Of a stretch of DNA of 64,000 bases, positions 10,079 to 19,562 are shown in pieces. Location of the stretch: assembly GCA_964473155.1 (NCBI GenBank), contig CAYYNT010000001.1, positions 6,017-70,016 of the forward strand, in the 5' to 3' direction. The notes beneath the pieces are model-generated. The model did no database searches and was not told the origin of the DNA. It worked only from the letters and a program-made list of their open reading frames with translations. Position 1 is the first letter of the stretch; each line of letters begins with the position of its first letter. The position numbers and the translations under genes are program-made. The stretch is from an uncultured Gemmatimonadales bacterium. Its GTDB lineage: Bacteria; Gemmatimonadota; Glassbacteria; GWA2-58-10.

Positions 10079-10720
10079 TCAAACCGGGCTATGGCGGAGA
10101 AGTTCAAATACTGCCTTTTGGGCAGTCAACGCCGCCTGCCGAGCATGACCCCGAAATGTTTCAAACGTCTTTGAATCGGCCAGGTCGCTGACCGATTTGA
10201 CAATCGTGAGTGGAATTTTCTGCGCAGAGCAGACCCTTGCTATCTCCCAGGACTCCATGTCCACGCAGTCCGCCTTGAAACGGGCGGCCAGGAAGCTTTT
10301 CAACTGGTTGCTGAACACCGGACTGCCGTTGGTCACGAAAGCGCCTTCCAGCGGGCGCACGCTCAAGGTCTCCAGCGTCTCCCGGGAAGGCATATCCGGA
10401 ATCAGCGGCTCCTGTGAGGGTTCCCACGCCGCGGCCACACTCCTTGCCACCACAGGATGGCAAAGATCAAAGCCGGCGGCCAGCGCTCCGCAAAGACCAA
10501 AATGATAAGCCCGGTCGAATTTGCCCCCGGCCAGGAGACGCTCAAGGTTTTCGCGCGCCACAGCCGGCCCGATCCCGATACAGGCCAGCAGCGCATCCCG
10601 TCCCTCGATCCGTCCGCTCCAGGCCTTTGCGCCTTTCAGTTTAAGCCTCTCCGGGCGCGCCAGTTGCTCCAGAAGCCAGACCAGCTCAAGCTTGACAGCG
10701 CATATGAGAAGAATTCGCAT
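10079..10720 (-). CDS. PNP_UDP_1-family nucleosidase (MTA/SAH nucleosidase or futalosine hydrolase MqnB-like)
   Basis: 213 aa. Nucleoside phosphorylase fold motifs are present: MRILLICAVKLE, GIGPAVA and DMESWEIARV. Confidence 0.6.
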   Translation of the reverse strand: MRILLICAVKLELVWLLEQLARPERLKLKGAKAWSGRIEGRDALLACIGIGPAVARENLERLLAGGKFDRAYHFGLCGALAAGFDLCHPVVARSVAAAWEPSQEPLIPDMPSRETLETLSVRPLEGAFVTNGSPVFSNQLKSFLAARFKADCVDMESWEIARVCSAQKIPLTIVKSVSDLADSKTFETFRGHARQAALTAQKAVFELLRHSPV

Positions 10721-10813
10721 ATTTCTGGTTTGACATCCTTTCCGGGCGGCTCTAAATTGGATACCGAACCAATGTGTCAGTCTCCTGTCACCATACCGTC
10801 AATCTGGATTAAA

Positions 10814-11671
10814 ATGCATACTCTATGGTACTACATAAAGAACCTTTATTTCAAGATGATCAGGGACAATGCCCTTTTCCTGGCCTCCGGAGTGGCTTTC
10901 AATCTGCTGATCTCGGTCATTCCGCTGATGCTTATCATTTTTTCGATCGGCGGATTCGCCATGCACACCAGCGCGGAGCTCTGGGACAAGACCGTTCAGT
11001 TCATCCAGGGACTAATCCCGGTTTCCAGCGAAAGGATAATCAACAACACCCGCGCCCTGATTCGCGACCGCGCCTGGCTGGGAATTCTTGGCATCCTCGG
11101 GGTTGCTTTCACCGCCACCCGTCTGTTCGCCACGCTAAGGACGGTGCTGGACGTGGTGTTTGAGGCGGACCGTTCGCGCGGAGTGCTTCACGGCCAGGTG
11201 TTCGATTTCGCCATGCTGTTCCTGCTTGGACTGGTCCTGGTCCTGAGCAACCTGCTCATCACTTTCGTCCCGGACATTGCCCACTTGAACCAGTTGTTCA
11301 GGGGACGGCTCCCGGCGGTGGAGTCCTTTCTGGGCAGCACCCCGTTCGAGGTGTTCGGGACTTTCTGTCTCACCCTTATCCTGCTGTTTTTCACCTACCG
11401 TCTTTTCCCAAGCTGCAAAGTCAGCACCGGCACAAGCTGGACCGCCAGCCTGATCGCCGCGGTCGTTATCGAGCTGACAAAGCACGCCTACCGCTGGTAT
11501 ATCAGCCTGTACCCCGATATCAACCGGGTTTACGGGACATTGGGAGCGATACTGGCGCTGCTTTTCTGGTTCTACATCTCATCGCTGGTTTATGTCATGG
11601 CCGCCGAGACAGCCATGATCCGCAAGCGGCGGCGTGAATCCATGCCAAAGGCGATTACGGATCAGGCCTGA
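10814..11671 (+). CDS. YihY/BrkB family inner-membrane protein
   Basis: The supplied ORF starts at 10457 and overlaps the upstream gene. An internal ATG was checked at 10814 (MHTLWYYIKN...), giving about 285 aa. The hallmark is RDNALFLASGVAFNLLISVIPLMLI followed by several TM helices. Confidence 0.7.
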   Translation: MHTLWYYIKNLYFKMIRDNALFLASGVAFNLLISVIPLMLIIFSIGGFAMHTSAELWDKTVQFIQGLIPVSSERIINNTRALIRDRAWLGILGILGVAFTATRLFATLRTVLDVVFEADRSRGVLHGQVFDFAMLFLLGLVLVLSNLLITFVPDIAHLNQLFRGRLPAVESFLGSTPFEVFGTFCLTLILLFFTYRLFPSCKVSTGTSWTASLIAAVVIELTKHAYRWYISLYPDINRVYGTLGAILALLFWFYISSLVYVMAAETAMIRKRRRESMPKAITDQA

Positions 11672-14600
11672 CGGAGACCGGCGGCACGGGATTGACCGTC
11701 CGGCCGCCGCTGCGCCGCGGACTGCGGGTCAAACCGTTCGAGCCTTTCGGCCACCACTGTCACCACGCCGTACTCCTCGTTCACCCGTCCGCTGACCAGA
11801 AACGGCCCCGGCCCCAGGGCCAGCGCGCCGCATTTCCTGTAACAGCGGGGAAAAATCACCACCTCGAACGCTGCGGCCGGGTCATCCAGCGACAGAAACA
11901 TCATCGCGCCGCTGTCCGTGCGAATGCGCTTGCAGGCAATCGGACGGCCGAGCACGCGGACTGTCCGGCCCGCGTGGGCGCGCAGTTCTCCGGCTCGCAC
12001 GATACCCGGTAAGGGCGGGAACTGACCGCCAAGGGACAGCGGGTGCTCGCTGACCGTGAACCCGAAAATCTCATTCTCCAGCCGCAGACGTTCCCGGCGC
12101 GGGTACTCGGGAAGGCGCGGAACGACGCGCCGGACTGTCTCCAGGCTGTCGCCGCCCAGGGGCAGGCCGCCGCTGGAGCCGGCGGCGGCCTTGAGATGCC
12201 CGCGCTCGTAAAGAAGCTCCAGCCGCCAGAGAAGTTCCGGGCGGGTCAGCTCGAAACTGTCGAAAGCCCCGCATCGCACCAGGGTCTGCACCTCGGAGAA
12301 CCCCGGCTCGACCCGCCGGCAGTAGTCGGCCAGCGAGGTGTAGAAACCCTCGCGCCTTCGTTCGCTCACCGTGCGCTCCATGGTCCCCCGGCTCAGGCCG
12401 GCCACCACGCTCAACCCCACCCGCACGCTGCCCGATGAGCCTGTATAATCGATGCCGCTGCGGTTGACATCCGGCGGGAGGATTGACAGCCCCATGCGAC
12501 GCGCCTCCTCGATATAGGCCGAGGGGCCGTAGAACCCGCCGCCGTTGGACAGCACCGCGGCCATGAACTCGGCAGGGTAATGCACCTTGAGGAAAGCGCT
12601 CTGAAAGGAAATCCGGGCGTAGGAGGCGCTGTGCGCCTTGCAGAAAGCGTATCCGGCGAAACTGCGTATCTGCCGCCAGATCTCAGCCGCCACTGTCCGC
12701 TCCACGCCCCGTCCGGCCGCCGCCTCGATGAACTGCCGCTCCAGCGCCTCCATCGCCTCGCGCGAGCGCATCTTTCCGCTCATGGCGCGGCGCAGAAGGT
12801 CGGCCTGGCCCAGGCTCATCCCGGCGATGGCGTGCGCCACCCGGATCACGTCCTCCTGGTACACCATCACGCCGTAGGTTTCGCCCAGCAGCTCGCGCAG
12901 CTTCGGATGCAGGTATTCCACCGGGGCGCGCCCGCGGTGACGGTCCACGTACTGGGCCAGCATGCCGCTCTCGGCCACGCCGGGACGGATAACCGAGCTG
13001 GCCGCGGTCAATTCCTCGAACGTGCGCACGCGCAGCTTTTCCAGCAACTGGCGCATGGCCGGGCTTTCGATATAGAAACAGCCCATGGTGCGCCCGCGGG
13101 AGATCAGCCGCACCACCTCCGAGTCGGCGGCCAGGCGGTCGATGTCTTCCAGGTCCAGGCGATGGCCCGTGCGCGCCTCTACCTGACGGGCCACTTCCTC
13201 GTTCACCGAAAGGGCGCGCTGCGACAGAAGGTCGATCTTGACCAGTCCCAGTTCCTCGATCGGGAACATGTCGTACTGCGTGACCACGAACCCCTTGGCC
13301 GAGCGGGCCAGGGGCACGAGGTCGGTGAGCGGGAAAGGCGACACCACTATCCCCCCCGCGTGCATCGAGAGGTGGCGCGGAAAACCCGCCAGCCGCCGGG
13401 CCTGTGCGACCACCGTGCGCCAGGGTTCCTCGTCCAGCGGGAGGCTGCGGGTCTCGGGCCACTTGCGCGCCAGTTCCTCCGGCCCGGTCAGCGTGCGCCC
13501 GGGCATGATCCGGGTGAACCTGCCGATCTCGCCCGGCGGAAGGCCCATCGCCCTGGCGATCTCGCGGAAGGCCAGCCGGGCGCTGAAAGTGACATAGGTG
13601 CAGATCATGGCCACGCGGTCGGCGCCGTAGGTGCGGTACACGTATTCCAGCACCTCGTCACGCCGCCGCCAGGAAAAATCGAGGTCAATGTCCGGCGGAG
13701 AGTGGCGCTCCGGGTTCAGGAAGCGCTCGAAAAACAGGTTGTAGCGGATCGGGTCGACATCCGTGATGCCAAGTGCGTAAGCCACCAGGCTGTTGGCCGC
13801 AGAGCCGCGCCCAACCATGGGGATACGACGCCGCCGGGCGAAACGGGCGATGTCGGCCACCACCAGGAAATAGGGGCTGAAACCCTGGCGGTCGATAACT
13901 TCCAGCTCGTGGCGCAGACGTTCCAGCACGCGGGAGTTGAGTGGACGGTAGCGGCGGCAGGCCCCACGGAAAGCGCTCTTGAGCAGCAGCGAGTAGGCGC
14001 TCTCCCCGTCAGGCAGACGGAATTCCGGGAAAATCATCCCTCCGCCGGGCAGTTCCACCCGGCACTCGGAGGCCAGCCGGGCGGTGTTGGCCAGCGCCCC
14101 GGGCCAGGCGGCCAGACGCTGCTCCATCTCGGCGGCCGAAGCAAGAAATGCTCCAGCCGGAGCGCACTCGTCATTTCTCAGCGAACCGGTGGCGCGCCCC
14201 AGGTCCATGGCGCGCAGAAGGCAGTGCAGACCGTGGTCCTCCGGCCGCGCGAAAAACACCCCGCCCGTGGCCGCCAGAGGGACTGAAAGCTCCGCGGCGA
14301 GAGCCGCGGTATTCCTGAGCCGCGCCGCTGCCCCCTCGGCCCCGTCATGGCACAGTTCGGCGTACAGCATGCCAGCGGGAAGGGCCGAGGCCAGTTCGCG
14401 CAGAAGGCCGCTGTCGGCGCTCAGCACGAAAAAGCTTTCCGCCGCTCGCACCGCCTCGGCAGTCAGGGCCGCGGGCAGCGAAAAATCTCGCTCCAGGCGG
14501 CGTGCCGTGACCAGACGGCTCACCGCGGCGAACCCTTCGCGGTCGCGGGCCAGTACAAGCGCATCCGCTCCGGGAGCGCCACGTTCGAGCGAGGTGGTCA

Positions 14601-14799
14601 GCACCGCGCCGAACAGCGGGCGGATTCCCCGCTCTCGCGCTTTGCGTTGGAAAGGCACCGCGGCGAAAAGCCCGTTGGTGTCGGTCAGGGCCAGGCTGTC
14701 CATGCCGTGGGCCTGCGCCGCATCCAGCAATTCATCCAGGGTGGAGCCGCCGGACAGCAGCGAGAAATTGCTGTGACATCTGAGGTGCGTGAAAGCCAC
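11662..14799 (-). CDS. dnaE2: Error-prone DNA polymerase, DnaE2/ImuC-like (C-family polymerase alpha subunit with PHP domain)
   Basis: 1045 aa. N-terminal PHP domain (HLRCHSNFSLLSGGSTLDEL), polymerase core and a C-terminal OB-like region. The length and N-terminus fit DnaE2 better than replicative DnaE. lexA and dinB lie 4-5 kb away. Confidence 0.7.
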   Translation of the reverse strand: MAFTHLRCHSNFSLLSGGSTLDELLDAAQAHGMDSLALTDTNGLFAAVPFQRKARERGIRPLFGAVLTTSLERGAPGADALVLARDREGFAAVSRLVTARRLERDFSLPAALTAEAVRAAESFFVLSADSGLLRELASALPAGMLYAELCHDGAEGAAARLRNTAALAAELSVPLAATGGVFFARPEDHGLHCLLRAMDLGRATGSLRNDECAPAGAFLASAAEMEQRLAAWPGALANTARLASECRVELPGGGMIFPEFRLPDGESAYSLLLKSAFRGACRRYRPLNSRVLERLRHELEVIDRQGFSPYFLVVADIARFARRRRIPMVGRGSAANSLVAYALGITDVDPIRYNLFFERFLNPERHSPPDIDLDFSWRRRDEVLEYVYRTYGADRVAMICTYVTFSARLAFREIARAMGLPPGEIGRFTRIMPGRTLTGPEELARKWPETRSLPLDEEPWRTVVAQARRLAGFPRHLSMHAGGIVVSPFPLTDLVPLARSAKGFVVTQYDMFPIEELGLVKIDLLSQRALSVNEEVARQVEARTGHRLDLEDIDRLAADSEVVRLISRGRTMGCFYIESPAMRQLLEKLRVRTFEELTAASSVIRPGVAESGMLAQYVDRHRGRAPVEYLHPKLRELLGETYGVMVYQEDVIRVAHAIAGMSLGQADLLRRAMSGKMRSREAMEALERQFIEAAAGRGVERTVAAEIWRQIRSFAGYAFCKAHSASYARISFQSAFLKVHYPAEFMAAVLSNGGGFYGPSAYIEEARRMGLSILPPDVNRSGIDYTGSSGSVRVGLSVVAGLSRGTMERTVSERRREGFYTSLADYCRRVEPGFSEVQTLVRCGAFDSFELTRPELLWRLELLYERGHLKAAAGSSGGLPLGGDSLETVRRVVPRLPEYPRRERLRLENEIFGFTVSEHPLSLGGQFPPLPGIVRAGELRAHAGRTVRVLGRPIACKRIRTDSGAMMFLSLDDPAAAFEVVIFPRCYRKCGALALGPGPFLVSGRVNEEYGVVTVVAERLERFDPQSAAQRRPDGQSRAAGLRQA

Positions 14800-14899
14800 G
14801 GCTTCCGTCCCTTCCGGGGGATGCGCCCCCCGCCTGCCCGGCGCTGCCCGAAAGCTCGGTCCGTCTCACCCGCCGCCGGGCGTATGTCCGGCGCCGGCG

Positions 14900-15835
14900 T
14901 CACTTTCTGAAGTGACTGTCCAGGAAGGTCCTGAGCGCCAGGGTGGTCGGCTCGAAATAAGGCTGAAAACTCATCCAGGTGTGGCCCGCGCCTTTTTCGG
15001 TGTACAGTTCGGCCTCCACCCCGGCGGCTTTCAGCGCCGCGATAAAGCGCTCTGTCTGGGCGTACGGCACGGTCTTGTCCTGGTCCCCGTGCAACAGCAG
15101 CATGGGCGGGTCGGTCTTGTCCAGCCAGGTGGCGGGCGTGGCCAGACGGTACTGTTCCGGGACCTCGGCGCTGCTTCCGCCCAGGAACTTCCGGACCGAC
15201 TCGCCCTCGAAACCGATCAGCTCGCTGGCCGGGTTGAACGCCGCCACAAGCTGCACCCGGCTCGAATATTCGTTCCAGCCGCCGTTGCCCTCCAGTTCCG
15301 CCGCGCCGCCGCTCGCCCCCAGAAGAAGCGCCAGGTGCCCTCCGGCCGATTCCCCGCTGGCCGCGATGCGCTCCGGGTCGACATGGTATTCTTTCGCCCC
15401 CACGGCCCGCAACCAGCGCACCGCGCACTTGCAGTCCTCGATGGCGGCCGGGAAGCGCGCCTCGCCAGAAAGGCGATAATCGATGCAGACGCAGACATAA
15501 CCATTGGCCGCCAGGTACATCGCCTGGCGCGAGAACTGGCCCGGATGCCCGGCGCGCCAGCCGCCGCCGTGAATGAACACCACCGCGGGGAAAGGCCCCT
15601 CGCCCCGCTCGGGCTGGTAGAGGTCCAGGCGGAGCTCCCGGCCGCCTGCGTTGCCGTAGACCAGGCCCTCCTCCATGTAGGCGGCCTGCCCCAGGGCCTT
15701 GAGGAAATCGTCCGGGAACGCGTCCCGGCTGAAAGAAAAGATCAGAAGCAGAACGGTGGCTGCTGTCGCCCCTTTTTTCATCTCTCCTCCGGTAAGAGCG
15801 GAACTGGAACCCTGCATGAACGCCGCGGCAGTCAT
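14900..15835 (-). CDS. Secreted alpha/beta-hydrolase esterase/lipase (HGGGW oxyanion motif, GESAGG nucleophile elbow)
   Basis: 311 aa with a signal peptide. Motifs VVFIHGGGW and SGESAGGHLA are present. Tandem paralogue of the next gene. Confidence 0.8.
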   Translation of the reverse strand: MTAAAFMQGSSSALTGGEMKKGATAATVLLLIFSFSRDAFPDDFLKALGQAAYMEEGLVYGNAGGRELRLDLYQPERGEGPFPAVVFIHGGGWRAGHPGQFSRQAMYLAANGYVCVCIDYRLSGEARFPAAIEDCKCAVRWLRAVGAKEYHVDPERIAASGESAGGHLALLLGASGGAAELEGNGGWNEYSSRVQLVAAFNPASELIGFEGESVRKFLGGSSAEVPEQYRLATPATWLDKTDPPMLLLHGDQDKTVPYAQTERFIAALKAAGVEAELYTEKGAGHTWMSFQPYFEPTTLALRTFLDSHFRK

Positions 15836-16710
15836 TTGAAATGCCGGTCCAGGAAACGGGCCAGAGTCTCGGCCGTGGGCGTGAAATAAGGCATCTGGCT
15901 GTACCAGGTGTGCCCGGCGCCCTTTTCGGTGTAAAGCTCGGCCTCAACTCCGGCGGCCCTGAGCGCCTCGACAAAGCGCTGCGCCTGTACATACGGCACT
16001 ATCGTGTCCGCGTCACCGTGCAGAAGCAGCATGGGCGGATCGGACCTGTCCAGCCAGGTGGCCGGGGTGGCCATGCGGTACTGGTCCGGGACCTGGGCGC
16101 GGGTCCCCCCCAGGAACGCCAGGATCGATTCGTTCTCATACCCCGCGAACTCGCAGGCCGGGTTGAACGCCGCCACAAGCTGCACCCGGCTCGAATACTC
16201 GCTCCAGCCGCCGCTGCCCTCCAGCTCCGCAACGCCGCCGCTCGCGCCGGTCAGAAGAGCCAGGTGCCCGCCGGCGGAACTCCCGGAAACCGCTATCCGC
16301 TCCGGATCGACACGGTAATTTTTCGTTCCCACGGCCCGCATCCAGCGCACCGCGCACTTGCAGTCCTCAATGGCGGCGGGGAAACTCGCCTCGCCGGAAA
16401 GACGGTACTCGATGCAGGCGCAGACATAGCCGCGGGTGGCCAGGTACATGGCCTGGCGCGAGAGCTGCCCCCGCTGGCCGGAACGCCAGCCCCCGCCGTG
16501 GATGAACACCACCGCCGGGTAAGGGCCGCCACCGCCCGAGGGGCGATAGAGGTCCAGCCGCAGCTCTCTCCCGCCGCCGACACCGTAAACCACTCCGGAT
16601 TCCATGGAAGCGGCTTTGCCCAGGGTGTCCAGAAAATCATCCGGCAAGGCGCGTCCGGATACGACAAAAACCAGCGCGAGGACAGTCAGAGTAACGGCCC
16701 TGAATTTCAT
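15832..16710 (-). CDS. Secreted alpha/beta-hydrolase esterase/lipase, tandem paralogue
   Basis: 292 aa with a signal peptide. Roughly 80% identical to 14900..15835 across the core. Motifs HGGGW and GSSAGGHLA are present. Confidence 0.8.
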   Translation of the reverse strand: MKFRAVTLTVLALVFVVSGRALPDDFLDTLGKAASMESGVVYGVGGGRELRLDLYRPSGGGGPYPAVVFIHGGGWRSGQRGQLSRQAMYLATRGYVCACIEYRLSGEASFPAAIEDCKCAVRWMRAVGTKNYRVDPERIAVSGSSAGGHLALLTGASGGVAELEGSGGWSEYSSRVQLVAAFNPACEFAGYENESILAFLGGTRAQVPDQYRMATPATWLDRSDPPMLLLHGDADTIVPYVQAQRFVEALRAAGVEAELYTEKGAGHTWYSQMPYFTPTAETLARFLDRHFK

Positions 16711-16795
16711 GGTCCCTCCATAGTCACCGGATTACCGCCAGCCCGGCTTGCGCCGGGAAAATACCGCATCCGGATGAATATTACGTCCGTCACCC

Positions 16796-16845
16796 CGCGA
16801 AAGCACGTTTTATCTTCCGCGCGGCGCGGAGAAAACCGGCCGCTT
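16796..16845 (-). promoter_or_regulatory. Conserved promoter/operator module, copy 1 (upstream of the esterase pair)
   Basis: AAAGCACGTTTTATCTTCCGC...GAGAAAACCGGCCGC. About 50 nt similar to 17475..17525. Sits 86-135 nt upstream of the esterase start. Confidence 0.4.
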
Positions 16846-16876
16846 TCGCACTGGCGCCCGCCTCCCGCCTCTCCGC

Positions 16877-17401
16877 TCAGGCGCCCCAGAGGTGCATGGT
16901 GTTGACCGGCTGTCCCTGAAGCTTCAGATAGTAGAACAACTGCGCCTTGTGCAGGTTCAGATGATGCACCATCTGCAGAAAACGGTGGCCCAGCACCATC
17001 TCGTGCTCATCCCAGGGCGCCTTGGCAATCTGTGTTGAAAGCTGCTCCTCGCTGCATTTGTCCAGTGTTCTGAACGCGGTGACTTTGTCCTCAGCCAGCT
17101 TGGCTTTCGCCTCTTTCACGCTGCCGACCGCGGGCAGTTTTTCCGCGGGGGGCAACATCTCCTCGGGCGGGATACTGGCCGGGTCCATGCCCTCGGGCAG
17201 CCCCCAGTCACCGGTGGCGAAACCGTGCATCCCGGCCCCGCAGCCGTTGGTCAGGTGCATCAGCAGTTGTCCCGTGGTCATCCAGTTGTTTTCCTTAGAG
17301 GGTTTCCAGTCCAGGCTGCCGCCCTCCGCCAGATCCATCAGTCCCTCGGTGGTGCTGTAGGCGCCATCCAGCTCGATCCTGAGCATTTCTTTCCACTGCA
17401 T
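16877..17401 (-). CDS. DinB_2/DUF664-family (DinB/YfiT-like four-helix bundle) protein
   Basis: The internal start MQWKEM was checked at 17401. The C-terminus reads HRFLQMVHHLNLHKAQLFYYLKLQG. The damage-inducible DinB-like metal-binding His pattern is present. Confidence 0.6.
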   Translation of the reverse strand: MQWKEMLRIELDGAYSTTEGLMDLAEGGSLDWKPSKENNWMTTGQLLMHLTNGCGAGMHGFATGDWGLPEGMDPASIPPEEMLPPAEKLPAVGSVKEAKAKLAEDKVTAFRTLDKCSEEQLSTQIAKAPWDEHEMVLGHRFLQMVHHLNLHKAQLFYYLKLQGQPVNTMHLWGA

Positions 17402-17474
17402 AAGTTCCCCCTTCCTTACCACGATTGTGATTGGTCCATCCCCCGGAACCGCACAATCATTTCCGGGGCTTACA

Positions 17475-17525
17475 AAAGCACGTTCTATTTTCCGCCGGGG
17501 TAAGGCGAAAACTGGTCGGCCACGG
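17475..17525 (-). promoter_or_regulatory. Conserved promoter/operator module, copy 2 (upstream of the DinB_2-family gene)
   Basis: AAAGCACGTTCTATTTTCCGCC...GCGAAAACTGGTCGGC. Overlaps the last codons of the upstream SnoaL-like gene. Confidence 0.4.
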
Positions 17526-17895
17526 CCCACCAGCGGCCGCCCTCGCGCGCCAGGACAAACATGTCCCGCCCGGCTGACTCCACTGTCCGCCCGTCATGGG
17601 TCTCCCAGCTCATATCATAATAATACGTGATCACCGCCACGCTTCCCCCGCCCCAGAGCTGCACTTTTTCGCCATGCGTGCGCCAGGATTTGATACTGAC
17701 CGCTCCGGCGAACCCGCTCCAGCCCTGGATGCATGCCGCGGCGCCCTCGCGCCGTTCCCGGTCCGCCGGCGTTATCGCCACCATCTCCGGGTGGAAAAAC
17801 CGGGCCAGGCGTTCCGGGGCGCGCTCCACGGTCCAGGCACGGTTCAGCGCCTCCAGGGTTTCCAGGGCTTCCGCCTCCAGCCGTCTGCGATCCAT
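17485..17895 (-). CDS. SnoaL-like/NTF2-fold (DUF4440-like) protein
   Basis: Likely starts at the internal MDRRRLEAEALETLEALNRAW. This is an NTF2-like fold signature (..LNRAW.......FFHPE). Confidence 0.5.
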   Translation of the reverse strand: MDRRRLEAEALETLEALNRAWTVERAPERLARFFHPEMVAITPADRERREGAAACIQGWSGFAGAVSIKSWRTHGEKVQLWGGGSVAVITYYYDMSWETHDGRTVESAGRDMFVLAREGGRWWAVADQFSPYPGGK

Positions 17896-18034
17896 GCTCA
17901 CACCGTCTCCTTTCGGTCCGCCGGGAAATCCCGGCCCGGCGAAGGCCGCGAGTGTAAATAGTCTGTGCACACCCAGTACATCCATGCGTGCTTCCCTTTC
18001 CGGTTATGCCCCGCCCCAGGGGCCGCCGGGAACC

Positions 18035-19243
18035 TCACCCGGCGCGCCGGGCCTGGCCCGTGTCTCGTCCCTTGCGCACGGCCTCGAAACCGTACTTGTC
18101 ACGCAGATCGTCCACCGCGCGGTAGAACCGCATCCGCCGCAGAAGGTCCGGACGGAACAGGTCAAGCTGGCCCTCCTGTGGCCGCATTTTCGACAGGCTT
18201 ATCCCGAGCAGGCGCACACGTACGCGCCGCTCCAGCAGCGGAAGCATCAGTTCCAGGGCGCGCTCGAAAATCTCCTGGTCTGCGCTGGTCCCGGCGCAGC
18301 CGGACCAGGCCCGCGTGACTGTCTTGAAATCGGCGTAGCGCAGACGCAGGGTGACCGTGCGGCCCAGCAGGTCCAGCGCCCGCGCGCGCCGCCCGACCTT
18401 CTCGGCCAGGCGGTAAAGCACTCCCTCCAGGAAACGCCGGTCCACCGTGTCCTGGCTGAACGTGACCGAATGCCCGACCGACTTGGGCGGCCCGCTTTCC
18501 GTCTCCACGCTCAATCCTCCGCGGGCGCGCGCCATGTCGTACAGCCATTGCCCGGCGCTGCCGAACACCCGCGCCAGCAAATCCGCGTCAAGCTCGCGCA
18601 ACTCGGCCACGGTATGAAGGCCCATGCGGGCCAGGTGCTCACGCAGGTGCGGCCCTACCCCCGGCACGTCCCCCAGCGGCAGCGAGGCCATGAAATCCTG
18701 CTCGTGCCCCGGCAGGACCCGCAGCAGCCCCGAGGGCTTGGCCTTCTTCGAGGCTATCTTTGCCAGCAGCCTGTTGCCGGCGATCCCGGCCGAGACATCG
18801 ATATGGAAAGTTTCCCTTATCTGGCGGATGATCCGGTCCACTGTCTCCAGCACCGGGCCGTAACAGCGGTCGAAACCGGTCAGGTCGAGATAGGCCTCGT
18901 CGATCGAGGCGGCCTCGACCAGGGGGGTCCAGGAGCGCAGTATCTCGCGGATGCCGCGCGAGACCCGCGCGTACAGATGGTGGTTGCCCGGCAGGAAAAC
19001 GGCCTGCGGACAGAGACGCCGCGCCTGCGCCGCGGGCATGGCCGAAAAGACCCCATACTGCCGGGCCTCGTAGGAGGCCGCGGCCACCACCCCGCGAGTC
19101 CCATCCACCGCGCCGACCACCACCGGACGGCCCAGAAGGGAACTGTCACGGGCGCGCTCCACGGAGACGAAAAAAGCATCCATGTCGATATGCACGATAT
19201 TGCGGTCCACGCCAGTCGCTCCGAATAAACCCGGTCCGGACAA
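18035..19243 (-). CDS. dinB: DNA polymerase IV (Y-family translesion polymerase)
   Basis: 402 aa. Catalytic motifs are intact (HIDMDAFFVSVE and SIDEAYLD). The little-finger domain is present. Confidence 0.9.
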   Translation of the reverse strand: MSGPGLFGATGVDRNIVHIDMDAFFVSVERARDSSLLGRPVVVGAVDGTRGVVAAASYEARQYGVFSAMPAAQARRLCPQAVFLPGNHHLYARVSRGIREILRSWTPLVEAASIDEAYLDLTGFDRCYGPVLETVDRIIRQIRETFHIDVSAGIAGNRLLAKIASKKAKPSGLLRVLPGHEQDFMASLPLGDVPGVGPHLREHLARMGLHTVAELRELDADLLARVFGSAGQWLYDMARARGGLSVETESGPPKSVGHSVTFSQDTVDRRFLEGVLYRLAEKVGRRARALDLLGRTVTLRLRYADFKTVTRAWSGCAGTSADQEIFERALELMLPLLERRVRVRLLGISLSKMRPQEGQLDLFRPDLLRRMRFYRAVDDLRDKYGFEAVRKGRDTGQARRAG

Positions 19244-19311
19244 ACCGGCCGGACATCCGCGAGAGTGCGGGCGCCCGGCCGGACATTACAAGGCAGCCGC
19301 CGGAGAATCCT

Positions 19312-19545
19312 TCAGGGACGGGCCACGGCGGGCGTGAACATACGGAACGCGCGGCGGCAGCGCGAGGCGAGGCCGCTGTCCCGCTCCGTCTGAGACTCCG
19401 CGAAACGCTGATCCAGCACCACCAGCATGCACCGCTCGGAACGCCCCTTGCGAATCACGCCGAACGCCATCAACCGGTTGCCTTTCATCCTCTCCTCCTC
19501 GCTCTGCGCCGGGACGCCGTCCCGGCCGGGTTGTACATCTGTCAC
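19312..19545 (-). CDS. Small hypothetical protein between lexA and dinB (GTG start)
   Basis: 77 aa. Position fits a lexA-orf-dinB operon. No recognisable motif. Confidence 0.3.
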   Translation of the reverse strand: MTDVQPGRDGVPAQSEEERMKGNRLMAFGVIRKGRSERCMLVVLDQRFAESQTERDSGLASRCRRAFRMFTPAVARP

Positions 19546-19562
19546 GTGTCTATCTGAAATTT

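Noticed and set aside
12580-14286. Long antisense ORFs overlapping established genes (e.g. 12580-14286, 14685-15992, 17627-19228, 4325-6361, 22988-24067, 25466-26692, 41668-43344, 36280-37077, 37958-38914)
   Set aside because: They lie opposite well-supported genes (dnaE2, esterases, dinB, gltB, GH38, gdh, ilvD, cimA, ilvC). Their translations are low-complexity and R/P/G/A-rich, typical of stop-codon-poor high-GC antisense frames, and they show no recognisable motifs.
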